The notes under the pieces: generated by a model
Databases searched by the model: none
Seen by the model: only the letters and a program-made list of their open reading frames with translations
Told to the model about the DNA's origin: nothing
In this document: positions 11,681 through 26,600 of the stretch, piece after piece
How the letters are laid out: each line of letters begins with the position of its first letter
Position numbering within the stretch: position 1 is the stretch's first letter
Made by a program: the position numbers and the translations under genes
From: Haliotis rubra
Lineage: Eukaryota
Length of the DNA stretch: 64,000 nt
Reading direction: 5' to 3'
Assembly (NCBI RefSeq): GCF_003918875.1
Contig: NW_025766092.1
Location: forward strand, 682,001 to 746,000

Positions 11681-14600
11681 TCACTTGACTGTCATGCTGA
11701 TAATCCGGACATCATCGTAAGGTTTGTCTGTCTTGGGATTGGTCTTGACGTTGCCCAGGTTCTCCACCACCTCGATACCCTTGAACACTCGCCCGAACAC
11801 AGTATGCTTGTTGTCCAGCCAAGGCTGAAAGATGACCCAAAGACGAAACATGAAATGATAATATATTCAAACAATTTAAAATAATCTTGTTGCGTTGAGT
11901 CTAAATATTATTGCATCATCCTCATTCCATGGAGCAAAGATTATTGATGTGTAATGGCACTGAAAAAAAATGAAATACAGGAATTGGTATTATATATTGG
12001 GAACTGAAATGACAGTGATCGACACTGATTGAAGAAGTAGTTTGTACAAGTTGTGAATACAACATTGAACAGTACGGTGTTGAAGTCAGCCATTTTGTTG
12101 TAATGGCAAGGGAGATAACATTAACAATGGGAAACAAAACCACTTCCACATTTCAGGCATTTTGTAAATTTCACAGGGTACCATCACATTGAATGAATTT
12201 TTGTTTTCGTTTTAGTTTAAACTATACAAATAATAACAAAACTGCTGATGAAATTTTTAAAGAATTTACCAGAACACAGAAAAAAAAGATTCCAATATAG
12301 AAAAACTGCAGGATATTGGTAATGCCGCACAATCCTGCAAAACATGCTGCTCAGTTAGATTGGCATGTACTGAATCTCAAGGGGTTTTAGTTAAATTACT
12401 ATTACCGTTGGAACTAGTGTGATGAAGAATTGAGAGCCGTTAGTGTTGGGTCCAGCATTGGCCATGCTCAATGTGTAGGGTCTGTCATGTCGTAGCTTTG
12501 GATGGAACTCATCTTCAAACTCTCCTCCCCAGATAGACTCTCCACCTGTTCCATTGCCTGTAATATATATAACAAGCTGTACAGCAGGCATCATCTCCTT
12601 GTGACTCTTCAGTATATTACAGTTATACAGAAAGCAGTGTGCCAGTATAGATCCACCTATACCACTGCATGTAATATACAATAAGTTGTACAGCAGGCAT
12701 CATCTCCTTGTGACTCTTCAGCATGTAACAGTTGTACAGAATAATATAGTTCCAGTGTAGGTCCCTATGTACATTATCTGTAATATATAATAAGTTGTAC
12801 AGAAGGCATCACCTGCTAGTGACTCTTCATTATATAACGGTTGAATAGAAAGTAGTGTGCCAGAATAGATCCTGATGCACCCCTGCCAGTACTATACAAC
12901 AGATATGTTCTGTCATATCATTTGTACATAGAGGAGTATCTCCAGATACATCAGTTTGTAAATATTCCTTTGGGAAAAACAACAACAAAACTCCAACAAA
13001 ATAGAGGTACAAATTAAACTGTAATGACACCATGTGTTTGCAAAAAAGTGAAAGCCATGTCCTGCCCCCAAACATCCCACTAACACAGTTGGCTCAAAAC
13101 ATATTTGTAATCTGTCGTCTCAAAGCATAATCTTTCAACCTACCTTGAGGATCTCCAGTTTGAACCATAAATCCTTTGATGACTCGATGGAAGACATGAC
13201 CATTGAAGTAGCCATTCTTTGCATGAACACAGAAGTTTTCCACAGTTTTTGGACATCTAAAAATGAAAAAAAAAAATGTAAAGAAATTCAAGGATAATGT
13301 CCCTTATGAGTGGCACTGATATACTTTACTGATTCTAAAAAAACACTATCCACAATGCCTGGCTTCACAATCAGTTTGACAGAAATCAAGCGCTATATCT
13401 GAGTAACAAACATTTTGAACATTAAATGACATGCCCATGTGTTCCAACCAGCAGCCAAACCTTTCTCCCCTAATCATGTGTGTGTAATCTTATGTTCCTG
13501 TCTCCTAGCTTATCTGACAAATGCAGTTTATTTGACATTCTTTCTGACTGTCAACTTCTTTCTCTTCCCAGTTTGTACAATGGCTGCTCTAATTAAACAA
13601 TGACGAGTGTCCTTTCTTGTTAGTGAGTGAGTGAGGCTTTACTGTGCTTTTAGCAAAATTCAAGCAAAATCATGGCAGGGGACATCCATGTGGGGAATCG
13701 AACCCCACTCTCGTTTTACGCCGCACTCAGCAATATTCCAGCTATATGGCGGCGGTCTGTAAATAATCGAATCTAGACCAGACAATCCAGTGATCAATAG
13801 CATAAGCATAGATATGCGCAATTGGGAAACCGATGACATGTGTCAACCAAGCCAGTGAGCCTAACCACCCGAATCCGTTAGTCGCTCTTACGACAAGCAT
13901 GGGTAACTGAAGGTTCATTCTAACCCGGATCTTCGTGGGTTCTCGTTAGTGAAAGGTAGGGCATGAGCAGAAGCTAGCAACAAACAGACGGGTATTTTAT
14001 TGCTCTTATGGGCTGTCACAAAGCTTCTGGCACAGGACTGCTAGAAACGTGTTAGAATAACTGACAAACTCATTAGAACATTTCTAAAAAATTCTCTCCA
14101 AAATTGTTTCAATCTGTTAGTTTGTTGAATAAATCATCAAATCTGTGTTTTTGACAATAATAATGTAATTTTTGGAGTAAAATTGATATTTTATACTTAT
14201 CCTGACTCATGCTCTTTTTGCTTGTCTTCTTCTTCTTGCGAACATAGTGGAACACTTGTATCTCCCTAATTGAAGCTCCTTTCAATGTAAAATCACTAAT
14301 TAGTACTCACCACGAGTTACCTCCTTTCCACAAGCGCGGGAACGAGGGCGCCACCTCTACACATGTGCCTCACTCTCTCCTCATATACTGAGCCCAACAT
14401 TTGAATTTACAGGAAATCCAAAGTGTTATGTGGGAGGATGGATGGGAGGCTGACCTCATGAGTCAGGATAAGTATAAAATATCAATTTTACTCCAAAATT
14501 ACATATTTTTCCTTATCCTGACTCATGCTCTTTTGCTTGTAGAATGCTTTCTGAACGGAGGTGGGAATATCTAATACTTTGGATTTTTAATAATTAGTGA

Positions 14601-17600
14601 TTTGAACTGTGATGATTGTAATAACCCTATGGGAACTTCATAAAGGCACTGAACTGGGATGAATTCCTGCTGCTAACTTATCAGCTGCCATATAAAGGTT
14701 ATTACCCTGTACTTATTATGATAAAGTATATATAACATTAATACAAAGCTTAAGACTAATAGACTTAAGCTTGTTAATATCTTTAGTATAAACTCCTTAG
14801 AGTTTGTTAGCTAAAATACTTTAAGATATAAACATAGTACTAAGCTTAAGATATGATTAAACTTAAGCTAATTATATAATAGCAAACTCTTTAGAGTTTG
14901 TTAGTTAATATACTTATATGATATAGATATAATGCTGAGCTTAAGATATGAATAAGCTTTAGCTACATATATAATAGCCGAACTCTGTAGAGTTTGTTAG
15001 CTAATATATTTTTATAATATGAGTATAGTACTGTGCTTAAGATATAATTAAAGGTCACATGCAACCAAAAAATCAAACATAATTAAAACACAATTATCAC
15101 TTCTTCATGACATATAATATGCATAGCTGATTATGAAAAAACAAATAAACAAAATTATAAGCGTATAATCGCAAATCAAAAGTGCAATATTTTGTACTTG
15201 GGTTTACCTCCCTCGAAACGAAGCAGCCGGGATACCGAACCCAGTCAGAGCGGGTGGGTGTGCACTCAAGTGTAACGGCTGGTTCATTAGCAGATGCCGC
15301 CTTCAGGCCTCATATTGTGTGTGTATATAGAGATGATGGGTTTTGTAAATACATGCTCATTTTTGTGTATAACATTTTGCAATCAACAGACATCATAACA
15401 TGTCATGTGTTCAAGTATCACACCTGCCTGTCTGTGTAATTACATAATGTGACAGAGACCGAACTTCGGCCATAAATCAATGCGTTTTGTTTATGGTGTA
15501 TAGCCTGATTGGTGTTAAGTTCGAATTGCATGTGGTCAGTGATTGCAGTTGTGTATTGAATATTTTCATTAGCAGACAGGCAGGCAGACACATAGGTGTC
15601 AATAAAACAAGACATTGAGTTTTGTCTGTGACAACGACATATCTATATCACAGTTAGAAACTGAGTCAGCGCTAAATAATGACATTGCTTTTAAGTATCG
15701 AACTGAGAAAGCGTCTCGGTAAGAAGAACGTGTGGTGAAATAGACAAATGAAATTATATAAACAGTTAATTTACTGTCATAACATATAAAAAGTTCGCCT
15801 GTGAGATATCAACAAAACATTAGAAAAATAGCTCACACCAAGGCCTTCACCGAGTATTCACCGACAACCCGCTTCCAAGCTGCCGCTGAGACCTATTTAC
15901 TTGCATGACGCGTGCTATAGAGCAGCCCAGCTGTTGAAAACCCGTTTCCCCAGAAATCTCTGGGAAAATTAGTGAAACGTTTGAACTCCGATTTCGCGCG
16001 GTTTTTCATCGCGTTATTTTTCAACTTTATAAGTTGAATTTGCATTTTTGACTATTTGTTTCGGTATGTCCATACCGAAAGGTATTAGAATCTGCAAAGT
16101 TGTGTTTTACGTTGCATGTGACCTTTAACTTAAGCTACATATATAATAGCAAAACTCTGTAGAGTTTGTTAGCTAATATATTTTACAATATGAGTAAAGT
16201 ATTGTGCTTAAGATATAATTAACTTAAGCTACATATACAATAGCCAAAAAACTCTGTAGAGTTTATTTAGCTAATATGTTTATAATGTAACCATAGTACT
16301 AAGCTTAAGATAAGATTAGACTTAAGCTAAATGTATATAGCAAAAAAAACCTCCTTAGAGTTTATTAACTAATATACTTTTTATGTTAAAAACATAGTAC
16401 TGAGCTTAAGATATGATTAAACTTAAGCTATATATATATAATAGCAAAACTCCGTCGAGTTTTGTTAGCTAATACCTTTATAATGTAAACATACTGCTTA
16501 AGATATGATGAAACTTAAGCTAATTGTATAATAGCGAAAAAAAACCTTTAGAGTTTGTTAGCTAAAATACTTATATGATATAAACCTAGTATTGAGCTTA
16601 TGAAGGAAAACTTAAGCTACATATATAATAGCAAGAACTCGGTAGAGTTTGTTTGCTAATACGTTATAATGTAACCATAAAGCTTAAAATATGATGAAAC
16701 TTAAGCCAAATATATAATAGCAAAAACCTCTTTTAGAGTTTTGATAGCTAATATACCTATATGATATAAACATAGTACTGTGCTTAAGATATGAATAAGC
16801 TTAAGTTACATATATAATAGCAAAAACTCTGTAGAGTTTGTTAGCTAATACATGTTATAATATAACCATATTGCTTAGAAATATGATGACACTTTAGCCA
16901 AATAGCAAAAACTCTTTAGAGTTTGTTAGCTAATCTACTTATATGATATAAACATAGTACTAAACTTAAGATATGAATAAGCTTAAGCTACCTATATAAT
17001 AATAGCAAACTCCTTAGAGTTTGTTAGCTAATATATTTTATAATATGAGTATAGTACTATGCTTAAGGTATAATTAACTTAAGCTACCTATATAATAGCA
17101 AAACTCCTTAGAGTTTGTTAGCTAATATATTTTTATAATATGAGTATAGTACTATGCTTAAGGTATAATTAACTTAAGCTACCTATATAATAGCAAAACT
17201 CCGTAGAGTTTGTTAGCTAATATATTTTTATAATATGAGTATAGTACTATGCTTAAGGTATAATTAACTTAAGCTACATATATAATAGCCAAAAACTCTG
17301 TAGAGTTTGTTAGCTAATGCATTTATCATGTTACCATAGTATTACTCTTAAGATATGATTAACTTAAAGTAAATTCAAATAACAAACTCTGTAGAGTTGT
17401 TAACTTATATATTGTATGATGTAATAATCATAGTACTGTGATGATAAAAGGAACTTAAGCAAATTATATATAGCACGTAGCTATTTAGTATTGTTATAAG
17501 ATAAGTAGAAAACTGTAAGATTGACTTATCTTCTCCACGGAACTGTCAATTGTTGTGCGAGGACCATGGCAACCACCATATCGGATCTCCAGCAATAAAC

Positions 17601-20600
17601 CCTCCATTATTCCAAATAACATTTGTGTAGATCCAATGTAGCAGTTAATGCTCTAATATCATGAGTATTAAGGCTCATAGAGGGTCGGATTGGGTCCATC
17701 CGTCTTGTATGCACATAGTATGACAGTTCTGATCCAAACGGAGATATAGTACTTCATTCAGCCTAAGTTGATGATAGAGGAAATAATCTGTTGCATTTTC
17801 CCTTCCTGTTTGGTTCGGTGGAGATAAATTTACAGTGCTCTTGCTGGCCATCGTGATAGAATCATCGTATCATGGAGCCCAAGTATGTCATCCAGGCGTG
17901 TTCATAAACCTCACTTGTGAGGTGTTGGAATACTATATTCAGATCACCAAGTTGGAGCGTGAAACTTCCGTTTAAATTCTCCAATCAGAAAGCTTAAGTA
18001 GGTTTACTAACCATCTAGTTGTGTTAGTAGTTTGATGATGAAATTCAACTGTAGTCTGAGACGCTGTGGATTTAGATCTACTTGTATCCCGTCGTCTAGG
18101 TAATTCGCCGCGAAGTTCTTGACGATGTAGGTGCACAACCATGTGTGTCTGTCCTCGTTGAACTTTATATAAATTAAGCCTGACTGCCGTGCCCTCATCC
18201 TAACTTGACAGGGGAGGTCTCTAACCTGAAGAAAGCAGCCTAATTATGAAGGTTCAGGTTAACTGGACTGTAAGGAGGCTTGCTCGTTCACTGATATATA
18301 GTTGTCACTTGTGACGTAAGTCTTGAACTGTGAACTCAGATCAGCCTCTGCAATGAAGTCGCTGCCCATCGCGTCCAATCAGAACAAGGCATTTTGATTC
18401 TGTAGAATACCCGCGCTGTGATGTCACCGGTGTAGCAGGAAAAGAACCTTGTATAAAATCTTGCCGTCACGTTGATATTAGCATAATCGTCGGTCTTCAC
18501 CGTAGCTTCTCGAAGTTACCCGAGTGACCACGTGTCTGGGGTTAATGGTAAACGCCGCTGAACCTTCGCGCAAATACCTCGCCTGTAGTATTAATGCTGG
18601 GTAGGTTATTTTCCTGGCTGTCGTGAAAGTAACTTCAGTTTTGAATATAATTCCGACTTCCTTATATAAAGGTACAATAAACTTGCAAGTTGTCAGCTTG
18701 TAGACTATACATGAATGTATCGTCATAATTGTAGAATTAAGGCTGCACTTGTTGTACATATATCTTCTCAGAAAAGTTGACGATTATGAGTTATACTCGC
18801 TATAACAAGGCTGCTGTTCAATTTCGATATTGAATTGTCTGTATAAATGCGTAATGGTCACGCATGTAGATAATCGTATCGTCGTCCGGGATTGCATATT
18901 CTATCAATCTAAACGGAACAGTTGATTTCTGTGAAGATCTATGAAACGTTGTTGACTAAGTAATACAGCGACGTTCTGTGTTGTAAATAGCCTGTGCAAT
19001 TGTCTTCGCGTAGGCTTATAGACGGCATCTGGCATACAGTTGATAGACAACTTATGCGATGTCTTGAACGGACTGACGAGTAGCTATATATGACGAGTGG
19101 CTAGTATATGGAGACCTTGGAGGAGACTTCCTCGGTGAACGCCGGAGACTTCGAGAAGCTCTCGAAGTATCCTTTCTAGATTTTCTGGGTGAAGTAGACT
19201 TGCAGTTATACTTAGCCACGCCTTCGACCTTGAAGGTATCGAATCAAAGCCCGATTAGTATATATATATATATATATATGAGTGCTTGTTCACCAAAGCC
19301 TCTGTGTTAAACAGGATGTGGGTCGGCGGCGGCTACTCCTCCAAGCGATGTCCCTTGTAGTCGGTGAGGCTCTAGTTCTCCTTCCGGAGGCGTGACTGGG
19401 ACTTGCTGGTTGTGCATAAGTAGGGTCAAGATGGATCATCTTATCATCTTGCAAGTAGTCGTAGTACGAAGTCTGGTGATAAGTGTCTTATTCAAGATCG
19501 TTCTAGATCTATTTAGGCCAGCGAACATACGTCTCGTCATGGATTCAAATGAACCAATATACGATTGTAGTTCTTATTCTTGGATATCGATGATCAACTT
19601 GTCTATGGGTTGATCTTCTCGAGACTTGTGAGGGGAACGTTGATAGTTTTGCCAAGCTCTTGTATAGTCCCCACCGATGTCCTTCTAGATGATGATGATC
19701 TGGATTCAGGTGTCGCTGTGCCGCCATGCCTTCGCTGAAGCTTCCTCTGCGTCCGTCCGGGAACACGATATGACCTTCAGCGAAGGCTTCAGATGTCTGG
19801 ATGATGGTCCGAAGTCCAACTTCTAGGGATGAAACCGAAGAAGGTGATGATCTATCCTGCCTTCGGCGAAGGTTGTACATCGGTCCTTTCCGCCATGGCG
19901 AGGTCCTTCGCGAAGGCTGCAGGTTCTTCTAGGTTCTTCGCCAAGGTGGTCCGTGACTTCCTTCGCGAAGGTGACATCGTCCTGGCTGCTACGTTGACGG
20001 GGTGCCTCTAAAGAATGTCACGCTGGAGCCTTCGGCTAAGGCTCCGGGTCCCTGCTTTTAGCAGTCTGTAGCGTCCTCCATCATGGTCATAATTTGCCGC
20101 GATCAGGTCCTCAGGGATGGTCTGCGGCGACGAGGTCGCCGGGTGCCTTATCTCAAGGTGTTAATGGAGGGGTCCACAGGAAAAATCGTCTGACATCAGT
20201 GTAGAGGCATCAGGCCGTGCATGGTGATCTCTCTGCTGATGTCGTTGTAGCTGTCACCAGTCGAGCTTTCTTGTGGCGATGCGCCGGATGATGATCAGCT
20301 GATCATAAGAGAGTCCAGGTCATCGGCTGGAACAATCTCGGGTTGAGAAAGTCCTAGTAGACTTCGTTGATTTCCCCCTCAGAGGTTCGACGCTGCACTG
20401 GCGGCGACGCCTGCGTTGAGTGTTGGTAACGATGGGGACCTCAGGACGATCATCGTAATATCAAGCTGTTGGTACATCAGGCTGCATGCTGATCTGCGCC
20501 GACATCGGCCATTCTTTGATGTATCATCAGGTATGATGATCGAAGCTTGATCATCATATTGGTACCAAATCTGCGATGGAACAATCTCGCTGTTGAGATG

Positions 20601-23600
20601 TAGTAGAAACCCCTCTAGTCTTCTGCTCGCGACGATGGGATCTGGGGAAGCAGGATGCTTCTTGAGATGCATGGACTGACGTCCCACACCTCTCCACCAC
20701 TCTAGCGGAACACCACACGAGGAGAGTCACCAACAGCAGTAGACTGGCGCAGGGGTTCAGGCGATCAGTCATACTAGACTCTGCATAATGCTGACCTATC
20801 TGCTGCGCGCTGTCTTAAACGCAAAGTAAATATTAATAAAAGGTAGAATTGGATAAATTAGTACCGCAACTGCAACGTGAATATAATGAACATGGCCCGC
20901 ATAACCCATGGCATATTAAAAGCGGATGAGCAGCAGCATAAAAAACGAATCTGCAATAGTACAGAATTTTCATCAACGTAATCCCCTGAAATAAACATCA
21001 GTTCCGTGAATAAACTGTAGAAAAAACGACTAAATATCAATATATAATCGTTGAAGGATACTAGCTAAACCTCTATAGATGTCTATACGCAGGTAACTAA
21101 CTAAATATAATTCAAAGGATATAGTGTGTCGGGAGACACAGGTGCTCTCACTGCAACTTGTCACAAAGCAAGTTTAGTGTTACAATTCTAACAAGTCAAT
21201 GCTAAACTACAGGATTTACGACAATGGAAGTGTTGTGATCACATTATGAAAAAGAGCCTTTGCAAGTCAAAGAGAAACATAGAGCACAATTACCCTCACT
21301 CCCTGTGCTTTCTAGGCCTCGCCATAAAATTTATCTTGCTGTTCCAGCCCTAAATGAGGTGTGACCCAACTGCTGTGTGAAGTAAGTACTCACTCTTTAG
21401 AGAACAGCTTGCAGTGCACATCTCCCATTGTTGTGTGGATGACCACATTCTCTGACACACGGGTATATGACAGATCCTGCAAGGTGAGGAGAAGGTTAAA
21501 CTTAGTGATATCTCCTCTTCCAGTTTCTACATTCCATTATCTTGTTCATCCATGACAACAAGTGAACCATGGTTAAATATCGTGTCCATGATCATTGCAC
21601 CTATACAACAAGTCACATGCAACTGTTTGTGGCTGTTGGTTCCTGCTGGGACCAATATAGGTTCAACGCTGCCTCAACCGCTGAGATACCGTATCTCAGT
21701 TTAATATCAACACCGCATTCAGCTTACCAGTCTTTGTTATATTGGTGTTTTATTGCCTTAATACCAGACAAAAGGCAGGGTAACAACAGGTGCCATATTC
21801 TGGTTGGTTGCTTGGTTGGTTGTTTAACGCCGCACTCAGCAATATTCCATTTATATGGTGGCGGTCTGTAAATAATCGAGCCTGGACCAGACAATCCAGT
21901 TATAACAGCATGAGCATCGATCTACACAATTGGGATACAATGACATTTGTCAACCACGTCAGCAAGCATGACCACCCGATCCCGTTAGTCGCCTCTTATG
22001 ACAAGCATGGGTTACTGAAGATCAAGCCATATTTTAGAATTCTGTATGAGGTGATTGTGGGATCAAACTATCGACCTCCAATTCTCCAGGCACGTGCTCT
22101 ATCCACTCAACCAACAACGCAGGCATGATGGGACTTCTGTTGAGTATAATCAGTTAGCTGAATTTCAAATTCAGGCATTAATCACTATCAGCGATGACCT
22201 GTTTTACTTTTCAAATTATTATTTCATTCACAGTGTTAAAATAACTTGCTAACAGAACAGAAGCTGCCAGCAAACGATCAGATTGAAGGATCATAGTACA
22301 CGTAGATCCATTTTAGGTGACTAGATTACTAGTGTGCATGCTGCTGTCTGCTCTCACCTGCGTTGCTGCGACCACCTCCTCCTTGGACGGCTTCTCGTTG
22401 AACACATCACGCTCAGTCTCAGCACTGAAAAACACACAGTTCTTTAATACAACTTCAGCAATACGCAGGTTATGGTCAACATGACCAGGGTCATAAAGTC
22501 AAGGATGTCAGGATTAATTGGTGACACGTACGCATCTGTCAACTCCTCGCCATGCGCCAGATTAGACAGCGCTGATTACTGTATAAACACATATTCAGGC
22601 GTCTCATTTCATGCCAAGATCTGGAATTGACAGCTGCTGGTTTGCAGAGCTTTTAAATGATGTTAATGTACTAGCCATGGACGGGACTGAGATTTTATGC
22701 CGGTGTTGACAACTTGCCAGACTGGACAGCTGCCGGTTTTGACAGCTTTCACTGTATACCGACTTTAATCTGACTAGTCTCCATTCTACCCACAACATCA
22801 GGCATGGGTTACAATATATACTTTCTTCAAGAGCCATTTAGTATACCACAGCTGGGGATCAAACTGACTAATTCTGTTCTCTTGCCTCGATGAAAATGAC
22901 TATTAATGTATCCAAATTTTGAATAAGCTAATGATTTTTTCTTGCACTGTGTACATTGTATACAAATTAATGGCCCATCACCTCTTTGTATCCTCGGGGG
23001 CTCTCTTGGTGAAGAGATAGAACCTGTTCTTCTTGAACGCTGTACACAGGAGAGTGGGATCCAACTGGACGTTCTGGAGGATGGGGTTGTCAGACGCCAC
23101 CATGTCCGCATCAACAGCCGCCTTCTTCTTCTTCCCGGAACCCTGGAAGAGTGCCAGCTGGATAAACCTGGCATTCTCTGGTTTTCCCAGGATTCTGGTA
23201 CACCGATTTGTGTGTAGGTTAATCACTGTGACAAAGATGAATCATGCCATGAGTTCCATGTGTCATTAATGGGTCATGGTCAAGGTCAAGGAAGGATGTG
23301 AACTCCTGCACCAAATCATGCTAGTGAGAGAACAAAACATTGTTTATTTGCAAAATATTTCAGACTCTTGGTATCGAAACTCGAAGTGCATGAGTTGTCA
23401 CATGACAAACTGTACTTCAAATACTGTGACAAAACTAACAGGTAGACAGTCAATGGACTCAATAATACTATATTAATGAAATGAACATTTGTTTGTGACA
23501 TCTTTCATGTCAGCCTTTCTGAACTATTATTTCAAAAGAGATGAGGGAGTTTAACCTCATATCAACACAAACATTTATTTCTTTTGCTTTTCTGAGAGTT

Positions 23601-26600
23601 GATTATTTTTCCGAACAGACATACCTTTAACACCCAGCATTGTACTGTATAATATGAAGTAGCCACTCTCATCAAACACTGAAACAAAACACAGACATGA
23701 GTGAGTGAGTGAGTGAGTGTAGTTTTAAGCTGCTTTCAGCAATATTACAGTGGGGGACACCAGAAATGGCTTCACACTTTGTACCTCATGTGAGCAATCA
23801 AACCTGGGTCTTCTACATGACCTTCTGTAATGAAGGGTCTTTTCATGATGCCTTACACCACTCAGCTTCAACAGATTATAAACTGCTTCGTCTGTTGACA
23901 ATATAGTGATCAATATTGTAAGCACAGATTCACATCACCAAGACACAAGGATGTACAGTCAACCATGTCTGACATAGCCATCCATTTGGTCGAAGCTTAT
24001 GGCCAGCATAGGTAGCTGTGGACATGTTCTAACATGGAATTCCTGCCAGGAGACAGATCAAAGGCCCTATCACTAGTCTTTGGTCATCTGTTGATAATTT
24101 AAAATAAGTCTTTGGTAATTACTGCTTTGTTGCAACTTTTAGATTACTGACTAAAATGGGTTGTCCACTGTTATCTGTATTTTCAGGAAAACTTATGGCT
24201 GAAGATCTGATCTGATATTTTGAAAATCTTAGGTGAAATATTCAACCATATCTTTAGGGACCCTTCATAATTTATGGCTTGGGGGTGATGATGATTTTAA
24301 GGGGGGGATCACCCATTATGTTCTTGGGAGCTAGGGGGTGTCATCAATTTTGTACACATGTACTGGGGGTGGTGGGGTTGGGGTGGTGGGGTGTGTCTTA
24401 TGCTAAGAAATTATGGGAAGGGAGGTGGGGTCATTGATTTTGTAAATGACATGCAGGGGGTCACTTATTTTGTACATACACTTTATTTTTGTGTGTGTGT
24501 GTGTGTGGTCCATTATTTGTACATGCTTTTTGGGGGTCCATTCAAAATCATCATCATCCCCACAAAAATCATCATCCCCCTAGCCATAAATTATGAACAG
24601 TCCCTCATATTATATCGATATATAGATCAACACGATTTGGAATAAATTAACACTTAAGTTTGATACAATATTTCTCTCCACAACTGATTAGATCAAGTAT
24701 GGACACTACTGATCATTGGATCATTGCACCCTCAACGGTTGCTGATTGACTGACCAGTGGTGGTCTCAGATTTAACACCACTTTCAGATAAGTACAATCA
24801 TGAAATAGTTCAATAAAAACTTACCAACATTGGCGAGGGAAAATGATTCAGATTTCTCCAGATCTCTCTCAACGGCCAGACGACGTCCGAACTCCATGTT
24901 AGGTATTTGTTGCTTCATCTAAAATGAAAATTGACACAAGTATGATCCAAACCTCTAATTCCTTGGAAGGTTTGGTTTAGCATGGAAAAGTAGATGCTAA
25001 ATGTGTACACCCTCCTTTAGCCTTAACCATCTAGACATACAGGAGGAGAATAGTTAGACAGACTTTGTCAGATATAGGGAAGAGGAATACCAGAAGTGAT
25101 GTATGTCTCCAGATGTTTCCCACATTGATAAAACCTATAAGCATGTATATGGTACTGACAAACCTAGAAACATACACAAAGCCTATCCAGAGGCGTGTTC
25201 AGAACCGCGAGAGCCCGCGAACACTAGCGAGCACTCGATCCTGAACGCCTGTGCCCATTCGAGCGCCTGCTCGCGCCCGCGAACCATCCTCACAGCTGCC
25301 TCGCCAAGCAAACCAAGATGGCGACCATGTTTAATGTCATTTGTCACCACTCGCCCCTTTCCGTAACCTCCAACAAGAAGACAAGAAGCTATTCGGCTTG
25401 TCCCGGAATAACACGAGATGATTACAAATGGCTTAAAGTAACCAAGCGCTCGCGGCTGTTCAGGGCCGATGCGAGCGCTCACGGGAGCCAATAGTGCGGG
25501 CGCTCGTGGTTCTGAACACGCCTCAGATTGAACATATGAACGTAGATGTGCTAAAGGGAAGCAACTCTGCACAGTGAATGGCAACACCTTAGACAACAAG
25601 ACCACCAGAACATGAAAAAAAGAGCGAGTACGGTTTAAAGTTGCTTTTAGATATATTCCAGTAATGTCTGGGGACACCAGAAATGGACTTCACAATATTG
25701 TGCCCATGTGGGGAATTGAACCAGTGTCTTCAGCGTGACGAGCGAATGCCTTAACCACTAGGCTACCCCATTGCCTCTGTGCCACCAGAACATAAAAGAA
25801 TGAGTGAGTAAGTATGGTTTTATGTCACTTTTAGCAATATTTCCAAAATATCATACCAAGGGGCACTGGAAATGGGCTTCACACATCGTACCCATGAATC
25901 CAACATGGGTCTTTGCTTGACGTCCAAACTCATTAACCCCCACCCTAGCCCCACCAGAACAGAAAAGAAACTGAAGGTGAAACAGTACCTGCTGAAGTTC
26001 AGTAAACTGTTTTAAGCTTTCATCCAGGACTTTGAACAGCTTGCCAGTCAGGAACTTAAATATCCTAACCTGAAATCAATACAACTATCACAAGTGAGCA
26101 TTAAGTAGTGCTTAGCATGCTTAGGGCAGACTAATTTAATTAGACAAAGTGGAGATTGCCTGTGTAGCATACCGTCAGAACATCGGTGGTATGCGTGGTG
26201 CATGCATAAGCTGCACTGGCAAGGCATCCCACGTAGGTAGTGATTTCAAGGACTCAACCCGAAAAAAGTAAATGTGTAATCCATGTGTTAAAGAAACTGC
26301 CAATTACATAATGTTTTGTACATATCATGCACACCCACCGTTCCTGGAGGTGGGAGAGAATGGAGGCTATAGTTTTGCTTCTTGTGAATTCTGTGCTTGT
26401 GGAGACACAATAATAATGACTTGGACTATTTCCCATTTAAGATATTTCTTGACAATGACTTAAGGGTGATCTGTGATACAAGATATAATGGTCTGGCCTG
26501 ATAATATATACAACATCACTAAAACTAAAGATCCACCGTCCTTTGAAGGAACTCAGCATGATCTCTCTCTCAGGCCAGATATACTGTCATGAACTTAGAG

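Larger units (their letters stand above)
14162..21150 (-). mobile_element. Decayed DIRS-like (tyrosine recombinase) retrotransposon in PPWD1 intron 14; 5' boundary approximate
   Basis: The 3' terminal structure fits an ITR plus internal complementary region: 14163-14211 is inverted at 14457-14504, and 14196-14225 is directly repeated at 14512-14540. Minus-strand recombinase remnants at 17560-17900 read [26 protein letters not shown] and NTHDIRAL (HxxR). A GC-richer decayed gag/RT-like region extends to ~20800. I could not find the 5' ITR. Confidence 0.75.

Noticed and set aside
15182-15615. Recurrent short ORFs (MQYFVLGF..., MSCFIDT...) also at 35.8 kb and 59.1 kb
   Set aside because: They recur only because they lie in copies of the same non-autonomous element; no transposase motifs.
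18070-18110. NYLDDG as a reverse transcriptase YxDD motif
   Set aside because: It lies next to the recombinase remnant rather than where RT is expected in DIRS order, and lacks surrounding RT motifs; not used as evidence.
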